Assembly: GCA_044892525.1 (NCBI GenBank)
Contig: CM097885.1
Span: 62,001-126,000 of the forward strand
DNA: 64,000 nucleotides
Source of the DNA: Schmidtea polychroa
Lineage: Eukaryota
Reading direction: 5' to 3'
The notes under the pieces were generated by a model. It was not told where the DNA came from, ran no database searches, and saw only the letters and a list, made by a program, of their open reading frames with translations. A program made the position numbers and the translations under genes. Below, in pieces: positions 11,777 to 23,853 of the stretch (within the stretch, counting starts at the first letter, position 1; each line of letters starts with the position of its first letter).

Positions 11777-12289
11777 TTTTTTTTTTTATTTTTTTATTTT
11801 TTTTTAATTTTACATTTACATTATATTCTAACAAGAGGTAAATTATAACGATAATATTTCAATTTGAATAAAATTTTAATTAGTAATTATTCAATTTGAA
11901 TAAATTTTAATTAGAAATTATTTAATTTATTATAAAATAAAACGCTGAGTTAATTTTAGATAAACTGGATATTAATATTTCGGAAAAAATAAATAAATAA
12001 ATAAAATAAACACAAAAATAATATTTCTTACTTGAAACTAATTATCTAAATTAATTGGACAAATGAATAATTAAATGATAAAACACATTTTAATTAACTA
12101 AGTCAAACAATTCACAATATATATTTTATTATTCACATAAATTTAATTGTTAAAGTGCTTGTTTCGATTTGCATTCATTTCTAGACATAGCAGTTGCAAT
12201 ATGCATTTGGCGAATCTTATAGTGACCGTAGGCATAACTTTCATTACAATTGTACCAATACCTTTTATCGTCCAAACATTGGAGAGCTC
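11292..12289. mobile_element. Terminal fragment of element C including the last ~45 codons of polB
   Basis: Begins AGTAGTGAATAGTAAGG; direct copy of ~15641-16596; switches to B sequence at GAGCTC/ACGGC. Confidence 0.85.
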
Positions 12290-15200
12290 ACGGCTTGTTA
12301 TGTAATAAACTAGTTTAAATTACATATCCTCTCCACTTATATTCCTCCAATTCTCTATTTTTCACTAATTAATCACTAATATCCATCGATTTTCCACTAT
12401 TTAATCATTTGTATCCCCTCAATTTTCCATTAATTATTCACTTATGACCCCCCCCCACTCCGGATATTTAATCAATTATATTTCGCCGATTTTGATTAAT
12501 TATTCACTTCCCCACAAATATTTGTTTTAAAAGTTTTTATGAATTTTAAATAAATTCAATTAATATATTTCCATTCTTATCAACTTTCTTCTTATCTATG
12601 CCCATTCAATGATCCATTAATGAATTATTCTACCAATTATTTTCACCCATTTGAATTTATCATCGAGTAATTTCCTCACTTTAATGAAGATTCTTACCAC
12701 CTTCATTGTTAATTTTATCAAAGTTTAAAGAATATTTCTCTTTACATTGCTTACCACTTTAGAATTTTTATCGAAATTTATGATAATTTTACTGATTCAA
12801 TGAAGAATGAGTTAATTAATATATACTCTGAGTTTATCCGACAAAATATTCTGTCCCCCTATGGGTATTGCTCACAAGGGTACTACTCACATTCAACATG
12901 TCGCAAGGGTACTGATCATTTAATGCTTTTATTTGAATGATTATTTAGGCAAATTTGATGTTTAAGGCATTCATTGATAATTTTTAGAGTTGATGGTTTT
13001 AGTAAATATTCAAGTAAATTTCTATAATTTTTGTGAATTTTTATGAATTTTTTGTGGATTTTTATCATTCTTGTGAATTTCTATCATTTTTGTGAATTTT
13101 TATGAATTTTGTGAATTTCCATTATTTTCATGAATTTCCGTAATTTTTTGTGAATATGCGTAATTTTTGTAGATATCTATCATTTTCATGGATTTCTAAC
13201 ATTTTTGCAAATTTCATGTTTATTGAATGAATATTTAATAATTTAAAGTTAGTTCTAAGATAAATTTAATTAATTTCTTGATAATTGGATGTATTTTTAA
13301 TTTTAAATAAAAATTTATTTTAATGAGGTTAATAATTAAAGTTTGTACAATAATCAAGTGATAGGATAAATTTTTATGAGGATATTGAATAATTTTCTAA
13401 GAATTTCATGTTGACTGATTAAAAGTTTTAATGGTGATAAATTTAATTGATAAATTTAGTTAATTTCTTGATAATTAGTGGTATTTTATTGAATAGTTTT
13501 TAAATAAAAATTAATTTCATTGACAATTAGGTTAATAATTAAGTGATAGAATAAATTTTTGATGATAACTTTGTAATATATTTGACTAGATAATTTTTTT
13601 CAATAATTTTCTAAGAATATTTATCAATGACTTTAAATTTACTTGATAATTATTGTAGGATATACAGAAATTTAGTTTGCTGTTATTGCTTGAAAATGAT
13701 TGGTTGAATCGATGAAGAATTATGATCAATCAATATATATCATCTCCAGTATTTGATGGTAAATATTTGTAGAAAATTTTAGTAAATTTTGATCTTTTAG
13801 TGGGCTCTTATTATTTAGCTTCTAAATTATTTCAATGGAAGAATGCCTGGTGTCTTTAACAATTTATGAAAATTCATACTTTTTGAAGTTCTCTAAGGAT
13901 ATTAAGAGGATTGATATATATTAAAGGGTTCAAGTGGGTGGAATCTTTAGGGAAATTAAGGGATATAATCGGATAGATGTTTAAAAGGGTAGAAATATTT
14001 GCTGAGAGATCGGATAAGATGGGATATTATCGATTAGATTTAATGAGAGATGGGAATATATGATTTTTAAAGGGATATAGTCGGTTAGATTTAATGAGAG
14101 ATCGGTTAAGATGGGATATTGTTGGTTAGATTTAATGAGAGATCGGTTAAGATGGGGAAAATATGATCTTTTAAGGGGATATAGTCGGTTAGATTTAATG
14201 TGAGATGGGTTAAGATGGGAATATATTATTGTAAGGGAGATATAGTCGGTTGCTTTTAATGAGGGAAGGGTTTCGATGGGAATATATGATTTTTTAAGGG
14301 TGATGTTGGTAAAATATCAATGTTTTTTAAGGAAATTGCAATACATTAGTCAGTTATGAATCAATAATAATTATATCGTTTTATTAGGTTGTGATTAATG
14401 CACAGTAAATTAATTTAGAACAATGTTTTATTAAGTAGGGATAATGATCGATTTACTTGGTTTTGACAATGAAATCTTTACAGATAATTGGGATTGATAT
14501 CAACTTTAATTTATTTTTATCTTTATTTAGGCGGAGAATGACAAAAGTTTAGAAATATGGACTTAAAACATCGACTTAATAAAATTGATCTTTATTGGAA
14601 GAAATCTTGATTTTAATTAGTAATTAAATCGGTTGAATATTGGTAAAAATGATCATTTGAAGAAATATATTTTATTGAATGGATAAATTTAATCTTTTAA
14701 TGGGACCTAGTCAGTTATATTTATTTTAAATTTCGAGTACAGTGATTAACAAAAAGTTAATTATAACCAGTTTTATCAATAGTGAAACATGTATGATAAT
14801 AGGAATTAAAGTTAGAATTATAGTCATTTAAAGGGGAGTTTAAGCAATCTTATTAGTCTGAGGGGAATATATGATCTTTAACAAGTACTTATCATTAAAA
14901 TATCAATCTTAAAAGATAGAGTTATTTCAGGGAAATTTGATGCTTTTTAGATGATTTTAGTGAAATATTTGTAATAATATGAATTAAGGGTAGAAATATA
15001 GTCATTTAAGGGATTTTAAGGAATCTTGTTAGTTTGAGGTAAATATATGATCTTTAACAAGTATTTATCATTACAATACTAATCTTTACATATTGATATA
15101 TTTGGGAGGAAATGAGAAATTGGAGAATTCACTAGGATATACCAATTATTGTCATTTAAATAAATTTACTGGTTTATTAGATGTTATCATTAGTTATCTA

Positions 15201-15640
15201 GTCTCTTTTGGAATTTTATGATAATTATTTTTATTGTAGATTGCTGACTTTGATAATTGTAATGAATTTATACTGATTTTTTTTGAATATATTGAGAAAT
15301 CAGTCAATCAATTTGAGTACATGTATTACTTTTACAAAAATAATTAAATTTAATTTTATTTAAATTAATTTATTCAATCTTAATCAATTATCTACTAGAT
15401 CTTATCTTATTAATTTATTATCTTAGTTGATTCAACTTGAATGATCAGCATTTTTTTTTATTTATTGGATGATTAGAATTTTTTCTTGTCCATTAATTAA
15501 ATTTTTATGATATTTATTTTGAATAATTTAAATTTTTACAATTATTTAATCAATTTTTACCAAGTTATTGATGCCTTGAGTTCAAATAATTTTTCATCCA
15601 ATTTTTCAAGTGAAGAGTATTTGCTTTTAAAGATCAATTT
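12288..15640. repeat. Inner right-arm segment of B
   Basis: Same sequence and orientation as ~43282-46637; contains GATGGG/TCGGTTAGATTTAATGAG repeats near 13990-14300. Confidence 0.85.
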
Positions 15641-16455
15641 GTAGTGAATAGTAAGGACTCCAGGACACTTTCAAGGTCATCCCAATGTCCAGATCAAATA
15701 TAGGTCAATCGAATCATTTTTTTTTTTTTTAATTAACATTTTATTTAATTACTTCTTTTTAATTTTTTTTTTTTTTTTTTTTCATTTTAATTTTATTAAT
15801 TAATTATTTTATTATGTTTTATTTTAATTTATTACATTTAATTAATTTATTAGTTTATTAATATTTTATTTTAATTACTTACGCTATTTAATTATTATTA
15901 TTATTATTATTATTTTTTTTTTTTAATTAATTTATTTATTTTTTAATTTTATTTAATTACTTCTATTTATTTTTTTTTTCTTTTTAATTTTCTTAATTAA
16001 TTATTTTATTATGCTTTTATTTTAGTATTATTTTATTATTTTATTATTTTATTTATTATTATTATTTTTTTTTTATTTTTTATTTTTTTTTTTATTATTT
16101 TTTTTTTTTTTAATTTTACATTTACATTATATTCTAACAAGAGGTAAATTATAACGATAATATTTCAATTTGAATAAAATTTTAATTAGTAATTATTCAA
16201 TTTGAATAAATTTTAATTAGAAATTATTTAATTTATTATAAAATAAAACGCTGAGTTAATTTTAGATAAACTGGATATTAATATTTCGGAAAAAATAAAT
16301 AAATAAATAAAATAAACACAAAAATAATATTTCTTACTTGAAACTAATTATCTAAATTAATTGGACAAATGAATAATTAAATGATAAAACACATTTTAAT
16401 TAACTAAGTCAAACAATTCACAATATATATTTTATTATTCACATAAATTTAATTG

Positions 16456-19400
16456 TTAAAGTGCTTGTTTCGATTTGCATTCATTTCTAGACATAGCAGT
16501 TGCAATATGCATTTGGCGAATCTTATAGTGACCGTAGGCATAACTTTCATTACAATTGTACCAATACCTTTTATCGTCCAAACATTGGAGAGCTCGTTTT
16601 TCTGTCATGAAAGTATACAACTGATGATTGACACTTCCTATTCTTTTTTGTGGGATGCTCACTGTTCCACCATCAGTATACACTTTTTTATAGGCTTCAT
16701 GTGTAAGATTAGAGTTTGTAAGTCTTATTCCTTTGGCTTTTAGAGTGTTTTTATCGACTTGGAGTGAGTAGCACTTGGGTCGAAGAAACACCCATTCTTT
16801 ATATTGATTTCCTTTATTCTCATCCTTGAATTTCCTGATTACCGAACAAATTTTATCTGAGAACAATGGATCAGTCACTGGATAATTTGAAGTATCTAGG
16901 AGCCCATCGGCAATCATTTTTGGATATAGTTGTAAGCGTAAATCTACATTTTTACACTCTAAAAAGAAGGAATCTGTGTCACCGGCTACGATATTAATTT
17001 GACAATTGAATTCTTCTCTATAACTCTGTAGTTCTTTATATTGAAACTGGTACATGCGAAGTTTGGATAAATCAAGTACGGTTTGTCCAATATACATTGG
17101 TCTATCTAAACACACAATTTCCTTATTGAGTATAACAGCAATGAGATCATCCGCAATCTTGATGCTACGACGAAACATAGGATTACTACAATAAGTTATC
17201 AATCTTTTGCTTTTGCTGCATAATCTCAAATTTATACGTTTCTTCAAGTTTTCCACAGTTTTACCGTATAAACTGTTGTTCTTTAACTTATAATAATCTC
17301 GCTGAAACGAATCTGTACTAGCTGCTCTCATTTTGGTATTGTAATCAATATAGCCTTTGAAAATAGCCACTTGCTTGAATTCTACAGCACGATTAACTTT
17401 TGTGACTTTTGCGCCGTAACTCAACCACTCTGTCAAAACTCTACCATTAACTACATAGTTTTTCTTAGGCTCATGAGTTAACAACAGCTTTTCAACTTTA
17501 CTACCAGGTGGATAACAAAGCTCAGGAGCTATAGGTAAATCATCTAGTTTATCTTGTATACTATCAGGAATGACGATGTCAACCTCTAGAACATATCCAA
17601 GATCTCCATCAAACTTATCCCCATTTGCACATCTTTCAACAATACCATTCATTTCAGTCTGATCATTTATCCATCTAAATTCACCAACAGGAAGTTTTTG
17701 CGACAGCGCCCATCCATATAAATTATTAACATCTAGGTATGACATTTGTGTTGATTCATCAGCTTCAACATGATGTTTGTTGATAAATGTCATTCCACCA
17801 CGAATACCAGCTTCAAATAAACGGTAAAGCTCTGGATCTTGAATAAGTTCTACTGGTTCAGGTAACTGTTTAATAGCTGATGCCCAACTTAATCCGGGTA
17901 TGGAAACAAACGATAGAGCCTCAAGTCCATCTTCGTCAAATGTTTTTTCTCTGAAAGCTTCAAAAACATCGGCCAACAGAAAAACATCCAACTTGAGATA
18001 TACTAGCATGTAATCTAGCAGTGTCTCACAGTTGTATTGTCGCCAGATTCGATTTGCATGTATATAATCTTCTTGACTAACTCCCTCCCAAATCGGTGGT
18101 AATTCTGTTATTGACTGTAAAACATCCATTGATGTAGCCATATCATAAGGAAATATGCCTTTACCAGTTATTATATGCGAATTGAAAATCTTTGAAGTAA
18201 GTGGAAGACGTGGCAAGTTTTTTGATAAATTTGCCAAGCTGCTATTTAAAAATTGTAAAGAATCAATGAATCTAATTCTTCTGCCTTTCGATGTCGCTGT
18301 AAGTGTGAGAAACTTTTCTGTTGATTGAGGAATAACAATTAAATTCCAATCGGGGAATTTTCCAATTGCATATTTTAATATATGATGAATGTCATATCCA
18401 CGAAGATTATGAAATACAACAGGTAAAGACGGATTGATTCTTCTAGCCAAATTACAATCTTGACACGCTGCTCCGAGATATTGACCGGTAAAATGATCAT
18501 GATCCCGAACAGGTATATTGATAATCTTTTTACAAAGGTAGCAATGAGTTTGATTCGTAAATTCTTCCTGCTGTTCCCAAGTGAGTTCCATCATTTCCTT
18601 CGATCCATTAATTTTATACCACGGATAAACTATGTCTGTAGCTATATCATCCAATGCTTGTATAAACTGAATGATACAGTTTTTCCCAACAAATGTTTCA
18701 TTTCGAATCGGACAACCTTGATGAAGAAGCACAAATTCAGATGCAATCGGCTCATGTTTTTGGAAGTGCTTGTCATCTAGAGGTAATATTGATTCAAAGT
18801 CCGCGTAGACAACAAACTGCTGTTTTATAGTTTTACTCCAGTCTTTAAATTCGATATATTTATTCTCTGGCATTGAGTATAGAGTCGTCCGCTCCACATT
18901 CTTCCTACAAAGACCTATATGTCTTTCAAAAGCAGGACGTTTTTGAAACCCATGAAGACACGTATGACACCAATGTGATTGGATTCTGACTCCTTCTACT
19001 CTATCTCTGTAATTGAGCAGTCGATCGAGATTAGTTACAGCCAAAAAATGATAATTTAATTCTAAAATTTAGTTAATATTTTTAATGATTAAAAGAAATA
19101 TTACCTTCTTCAATCAATAAGAGATATAATTGACATCCCGTCGAAGTACTTCTATATACCAAGTCAACGAACGGATTCTTGAAAATATCATTAGTTTTTT
19201 GTTTAATTGGATCTTTATTATATTTGAGAACATTGATCGCTAGATTAGGATTCATTGCCTCAAATTGGCAAATGTTAACCAACTTCATTGGAAACCAATC
19301 TGATTTCCATTTTAACTCTAAATATATATATTTTTAGAATGATATAAATATATATTACCACTTAAATTATATTTCATTACTCTTTCTCTGTGGTGTTTTA

Positions 19401-20431
19401 TGTCATCATAATGTAATACGGCCAGTATGCTATATAAAAAGCAGAATTGATCATTATTTTGAACATTAACTAAAGCCTGGCAGTTTTTCAGGTAATTTGG
19501 CGTTTTAATGTAACTTGAACCTAAGTAAATATCTTGATTTATATATATAATAATGTAAATAAACTTACCAGATACATGTATTATGTCTGATAATTTAGTT
19601 AAAATCATAGTAACTTCTAATATTTTATGAATTCTCCACCCACTACTTTGTTGAGTGTATTTCTCCAACTTTTCTTTTAATTTTTCAATTCCATCATTAA
19701 TAAATGAAGATGACATTGTAATTGCTTTATTCGACAAACACCATTTTTTAATTTCACCATCCTCTTTGATAAACTCTGCACAAAGTCCAAATTGGATTTT
19801 TACTGTACCCATTCGTTGAATATGATCTTCTATTTCTCTGATGAGACAATCTGGAACAACAATGTCAGGAGAATTAATTGCAGATACATCGCTTGTCAAT
19901 TCAACACGAGAACCATTTAAGTCAGACTCCCGACGTGGACACAATTGTATGTTAGAGTCTCCATTTCCGTAAAATATTGACTTTCGTTTTGTGGTGCCAG
20001 AGTTTTGTCTAACTATATTTATAATTAATATTAAACAACTTAAATAACATAACTTGTAACATATTCTTTAATCTGCTTAGGATCGTATGATGTATTCATT
20101 TTCGGTTGTACTATAAAAAATTAATAATTGTTAATAGTAGAAAGAGTATTACTTTTAGTGATCATCCTGCTCTTCGTTTCTTCGAATCTTCTAAGATGGT
20201 GTCCGTGTTGTCGTACAAACATTAACCACCTACCTGGTGATATAATGAGACATTCCGGACATATGTAACCCGATAAGGTAGAGTCATTTATCTTGAAATA
20301 TGATGATGTAACTGATTTACAGTTCTCCACATCTTCATGACTTTCGGCAATACAAAATTTATATAAACTGCATCCGTTCACTAAAAGAAAATAATCATTA
20401 ATATTAGATAGAGAATAAAAAATTATTCACT
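16456..20431 (-). CDS. polB: Protein-primed family B DNA polymerase, spliced, mirror copy
   Basis: Coordinates sum to 44285 with the + copy. Same predicted exon structure; five amino-acid differences between the ORF-track translations. Confidence 0.88.
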
Positions 20432-20454
20432 TATATAAGTTAAATTAAAAGTTT

Positions 20455-20595
20455 AAATGACAAACATTTGAAAAGTTACTGCTTATATATTACACATGAT
20501 TAAATTCTGACCAATCAAAATCAAGGAAGGGGTAGGAAAAATAAATATATTCTGACCAATCAAAATCAAGGAAGGGGTAGGAAAAATAAATGTGT
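20455..20595 (-). promoter_or_regulatory. Predicted Pol II promoter of C polB (mirror copy)
   Basis: Two CCAAT boxes in a 45-bp duplication, TATA box, initiator-like TCATT. Confidence 0.55.
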
Positions 20596-21164
20596 TACAG
20601 TATTTTAAAAGTTCAATATATTTTAAAACACATTTTGATGCTAAAGTTGACTTATTTAACATTTTCATAATAATTTAATAAAAATAATGTGATGAACCCA
20701 CAAAGTAATATCATTTTTCATCAAATTGCAAAACAGTAATAACGTTTTCATAAAATTGTAACAAAATAATAACATATTTCAGATAAATTTTCAACAGTTG
20801 TAAAATATTTAAACAAATTGTAACAAGATTAGAAAATATTACAACAAAGTAGTAACATATTTCAGAAAATTTCAACAAAGTTGTAAAATATTTATCAAAT
20901 TGTAACTAAAATAATAAAAATATTGCAACAAAGTAATAAAATAATGATGTTAATTGGGACAAATCAATACATTATTTCGAAGACGGACAACAAATTAAAA
21001 AGAATATTGTAATAAATTGTGAAGTCTTTCAGTAAATTACAACAAAGTAATAACATATTTCGGAAATATTTCACCAGATGTAAAATATTTAAGCAAAATG
21101 TTATAAGATTATAAAAATATTGCAACAAAGTAATAAAATAATACAACATTTTAAACTCTAGATC

Positions 21165-21910
21165 AATCCATTTTATAGAAAATTAAATTTTATCTCTATA
21201 ATATATGAATAAATATACAAGGAAATTACGTTAACTGTATGAAAAATACAAATTTATCGTAAAAAACATGTGTGTATTACACACAACATACAAGACATAA
21301 TTTTTAATCAAGCTATTTTATAGAAAATTAAATTTTATCTATATAATATATGAATAAATATTCAAGGAAATTACGTTAACGTATAATAAATACAAATTTA
21401 TCATAAAAACATGTGTGTATTACACAAAAAAACAAGATACATAATTTCTAATCAATCCATTTTATAGAAAATTAAATTTTATCTATATTATATGAATAAA
21501 ATCCTAAGAAAATTACGTTAACTATATGAAAAATACAAATTTATCTTAAAAACATGTGTGTATTACACACAGAACAAGATACATAATTTCTAATCAATCC
21601 ATTTTATAGAAAATTAAATTTTATCTATATATTATATGAATAAAATCCTAAGAAAATTACGTTAACTGTATGAAAAATACAAATTTATCGTAAAAACATG
21701 TGTGTATTACACACAAAGCGACAAACTAAAATTGTAATTGAGCCATTTTATAGAAAATTAAATTTTATCTATATAATATATGAATAAAAATCCAAGAAAA
21801 TTACGTTAACCGCGCGAAAAATACAAATTTATCGTAAAAACATGTGTGTATTACACACAAAGCGACAATCTAAAATTGTAATTGAGCCATTTTGTAGAGA
21901 ATTAAATTCT
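21165..21910. repeat. ~144-bp tandem repeat, five units plus a partial
   Basis: Unit starts at about 21168, 21313, 21457, 21599, 21743, 21887; contains TGTGTGTATTACACACA and ACGTTAAC. Confidence 0.9.
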
Positions 21911-21979
21911 GCCTATACATGGTTACACTTAAATCCCAATCGAACAAAGAGAAAAGAGAGAAAAAGAGAGAGAAAAAAC

Positions 21980-22305
21980 AGTAGAGTAGGGTATTGTGTG
22001 GACCCGGGAACAAAGACATATGACGTCATACCCCCCCCACCCCCCCGGGGGGAGGGGGGGGTTTTAAATATTTTTTTAAATTTTTTTTTAAAATTTTTTT
22101 TTTAAAAATTTATATTACGTTGCGGTATTTTAAAATTTATATTACGTTGCGGTATTTTAAAATTTATATTACGTTGCGGTATTTTAAAAATATATTACGT
22201 TGCGGTATTTTAAAATTTAATTATATTTTATTCACATCATTCGTAAGGTCTTGAAGAGATCTATGCAAAGGTTTCACCCGGGTCCACACAATACCCTACT
22301 CTACT
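21980..22305. mobile_element. 326-bp mini-element of family D at the palindrome centre
   Basis: 29-bp TIR AGTAGAGTAGGGTATTGTGTGGACCCGGG. Left end matches the D end at 59470. Internal TGACGTCA, C-run/G-run and four TATATTACGTTGCGGTATTTTAAAA repeats. Confidence 0.85.
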
Positions 22306-22374
22306 GTTTTTTCTCTCTCTTTTTCTCTCTTTTCTCTTTGTTCGATTGGGATTTAAGTGTAACCATGTATAGGC

Positions 22375-23120
22375 AGAATTTAATTCTCTACAAAATGGCT
22401 CAATTACAATTTTAGTTTGTCGCTTTGTGTGTAATACACACATGTTTTTACGATAAATTTGTATTTTTCGCGCGGTTAACGTAATTTTCTTGGATTTTTA
22501 TTCATATATTATATAGATAAAATTTAATTTTCTATAAAATGGCTCAATTACAATTTTAGTTTGTCGCTTTGTGTGTAATACACACATGTTTTTACGATAA
22601 ATTTGTATTTTTCATACAGTTAACGTAATTTTCTTAGGATTTTATTCATATAATATATAGATAAAATTTAATTTTCTATAAAATGGATTGATTAGAAATT
22701 ATGTATCTTGTTCTGTGTGTAATACACACATGTTTTTAAGATAAATTTGTATTTTTCATATAGTTAACGTAATTTTCTTAGGATTTTATTCATATAATAT
22801 AGATAAAATTTAATTTTCTATAAAATGGATTGATTAGAAATTATGTATCTTGTTTTTTTGTGTAATACACACATGTTTTTATGATAAATTTGTATTTATT
22901 ATACGTTAACGTAATTTCCTTGAATATTTATTCATATATTATATAGATAAAATTTAATTTTCTATAAAATAGCTTGATTAAAAATTATGTCTTGTATGTT
23001 GTGTGTAATACACACATGTTTTTTACGATAAATTTGTATTTTTCATACAGTTAACGTAATTTCCTTGTATATTTATTCATATATTATAGAGATAAAATTT
23101 AATTTTCTATAAAATGGATT
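22375..23120. repeat. ~144-bp tandem repeat, mirror copy
   Basis: Reverse complement of 21165-21910. Confidence 0.9.
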
Positions 23121-23689
23121 GATCTAGAGTTTAAAATGTTGTATTATTTTATTACTTTGTTGCAATATTTTTATAATCTTATAACATTTTGCTTAAATAT
23201 TTTACATCTGGTGAAATATTTCCGAAATATGTTATTACTTTGTTGTAATTTACTGAAAGACTTCACAATTTATTACAATATTCTTTTTAATTTGTTGTCC
23301 GTCTTCGAAATAATGTATTGATTTGTCCCAATTAACATCATTATTTTATTACTTTGTTGCAATATTTTTATTATTTTAGTTACAATTTGATAAATATTTT
23401 ACAACTTTGTTGAAATTTTCTGAAATATGTTACTACTTTGTTGTAATATTTTCTAATCTTGTTACAATTTGTTTAAATATTTTACAACTGTTGAAAATTT
23501 ATCTGAAATATGTTATTATTTTGTTACAATTTTATGAAAACGTTATTACTGTTTTGCAATTTGATGAAAAATGATATTACTTTGTGGGTTCATCACATTA
23601 TTTTTATTAAATTATTATGAAAATGTTAAATAAGTCAACTTTAGCATCAAAATGTGTTTTAAAATATATTGAACTTTTAAAATACTGTA

Positions 23690-23830
23690 ACACATTTATT
23701 TTTCCTACCCCTTCCTTGATTTTGATTGGTCAGAATATATTTATTTTTCCTACCCCTTCCTTGATTTTGATTGGTCAGAATTTAATCATGTGTAATATAT
23801 AAGCAGTAACTTTTCAAATGTTTGTCATTT
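23690..23830 (+). promoter_or_regulatory. Predicted Pol II promoter of C polB
   Basis: ATTGG at 23725 and 23770, TATATAAG at 23796, TCATT with its A at 23827 (31 nt from the TATA start). Confidence 0.6.
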
Positions 23831-23853
23831 AAACTTTTAATTTAACTTATATA

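Larger units (their letters stand above)
15641..21979 (-). mobile_element. Element C (pPolB-encoding), left palindrome arm
   Basis: Terminus GTAGTGAATAGTAAGG at 15641; reverse complement of 22306-28685 apart from length changes in the poly(T)-rich block. Confidence 0.85.

Noticed and set aside
19082..20381. Separate small genes of 68, 208 and 86 aa (and mirrors 23904-25203)
   Set aside because: Better explained as exons of one polB; the 208- and 68-aa pieces align with the continuous D PolB N-terminus.
20483..22443. ORFs of 60-87 aa at 20483, 20964, 21842, 22261 and mirrors; also 33412, 34312, 34508 and copies
   Set aside because: They overlap promoter duplications, tandem repeats, element junctions or low-complexity DNA, with no protein-like features.
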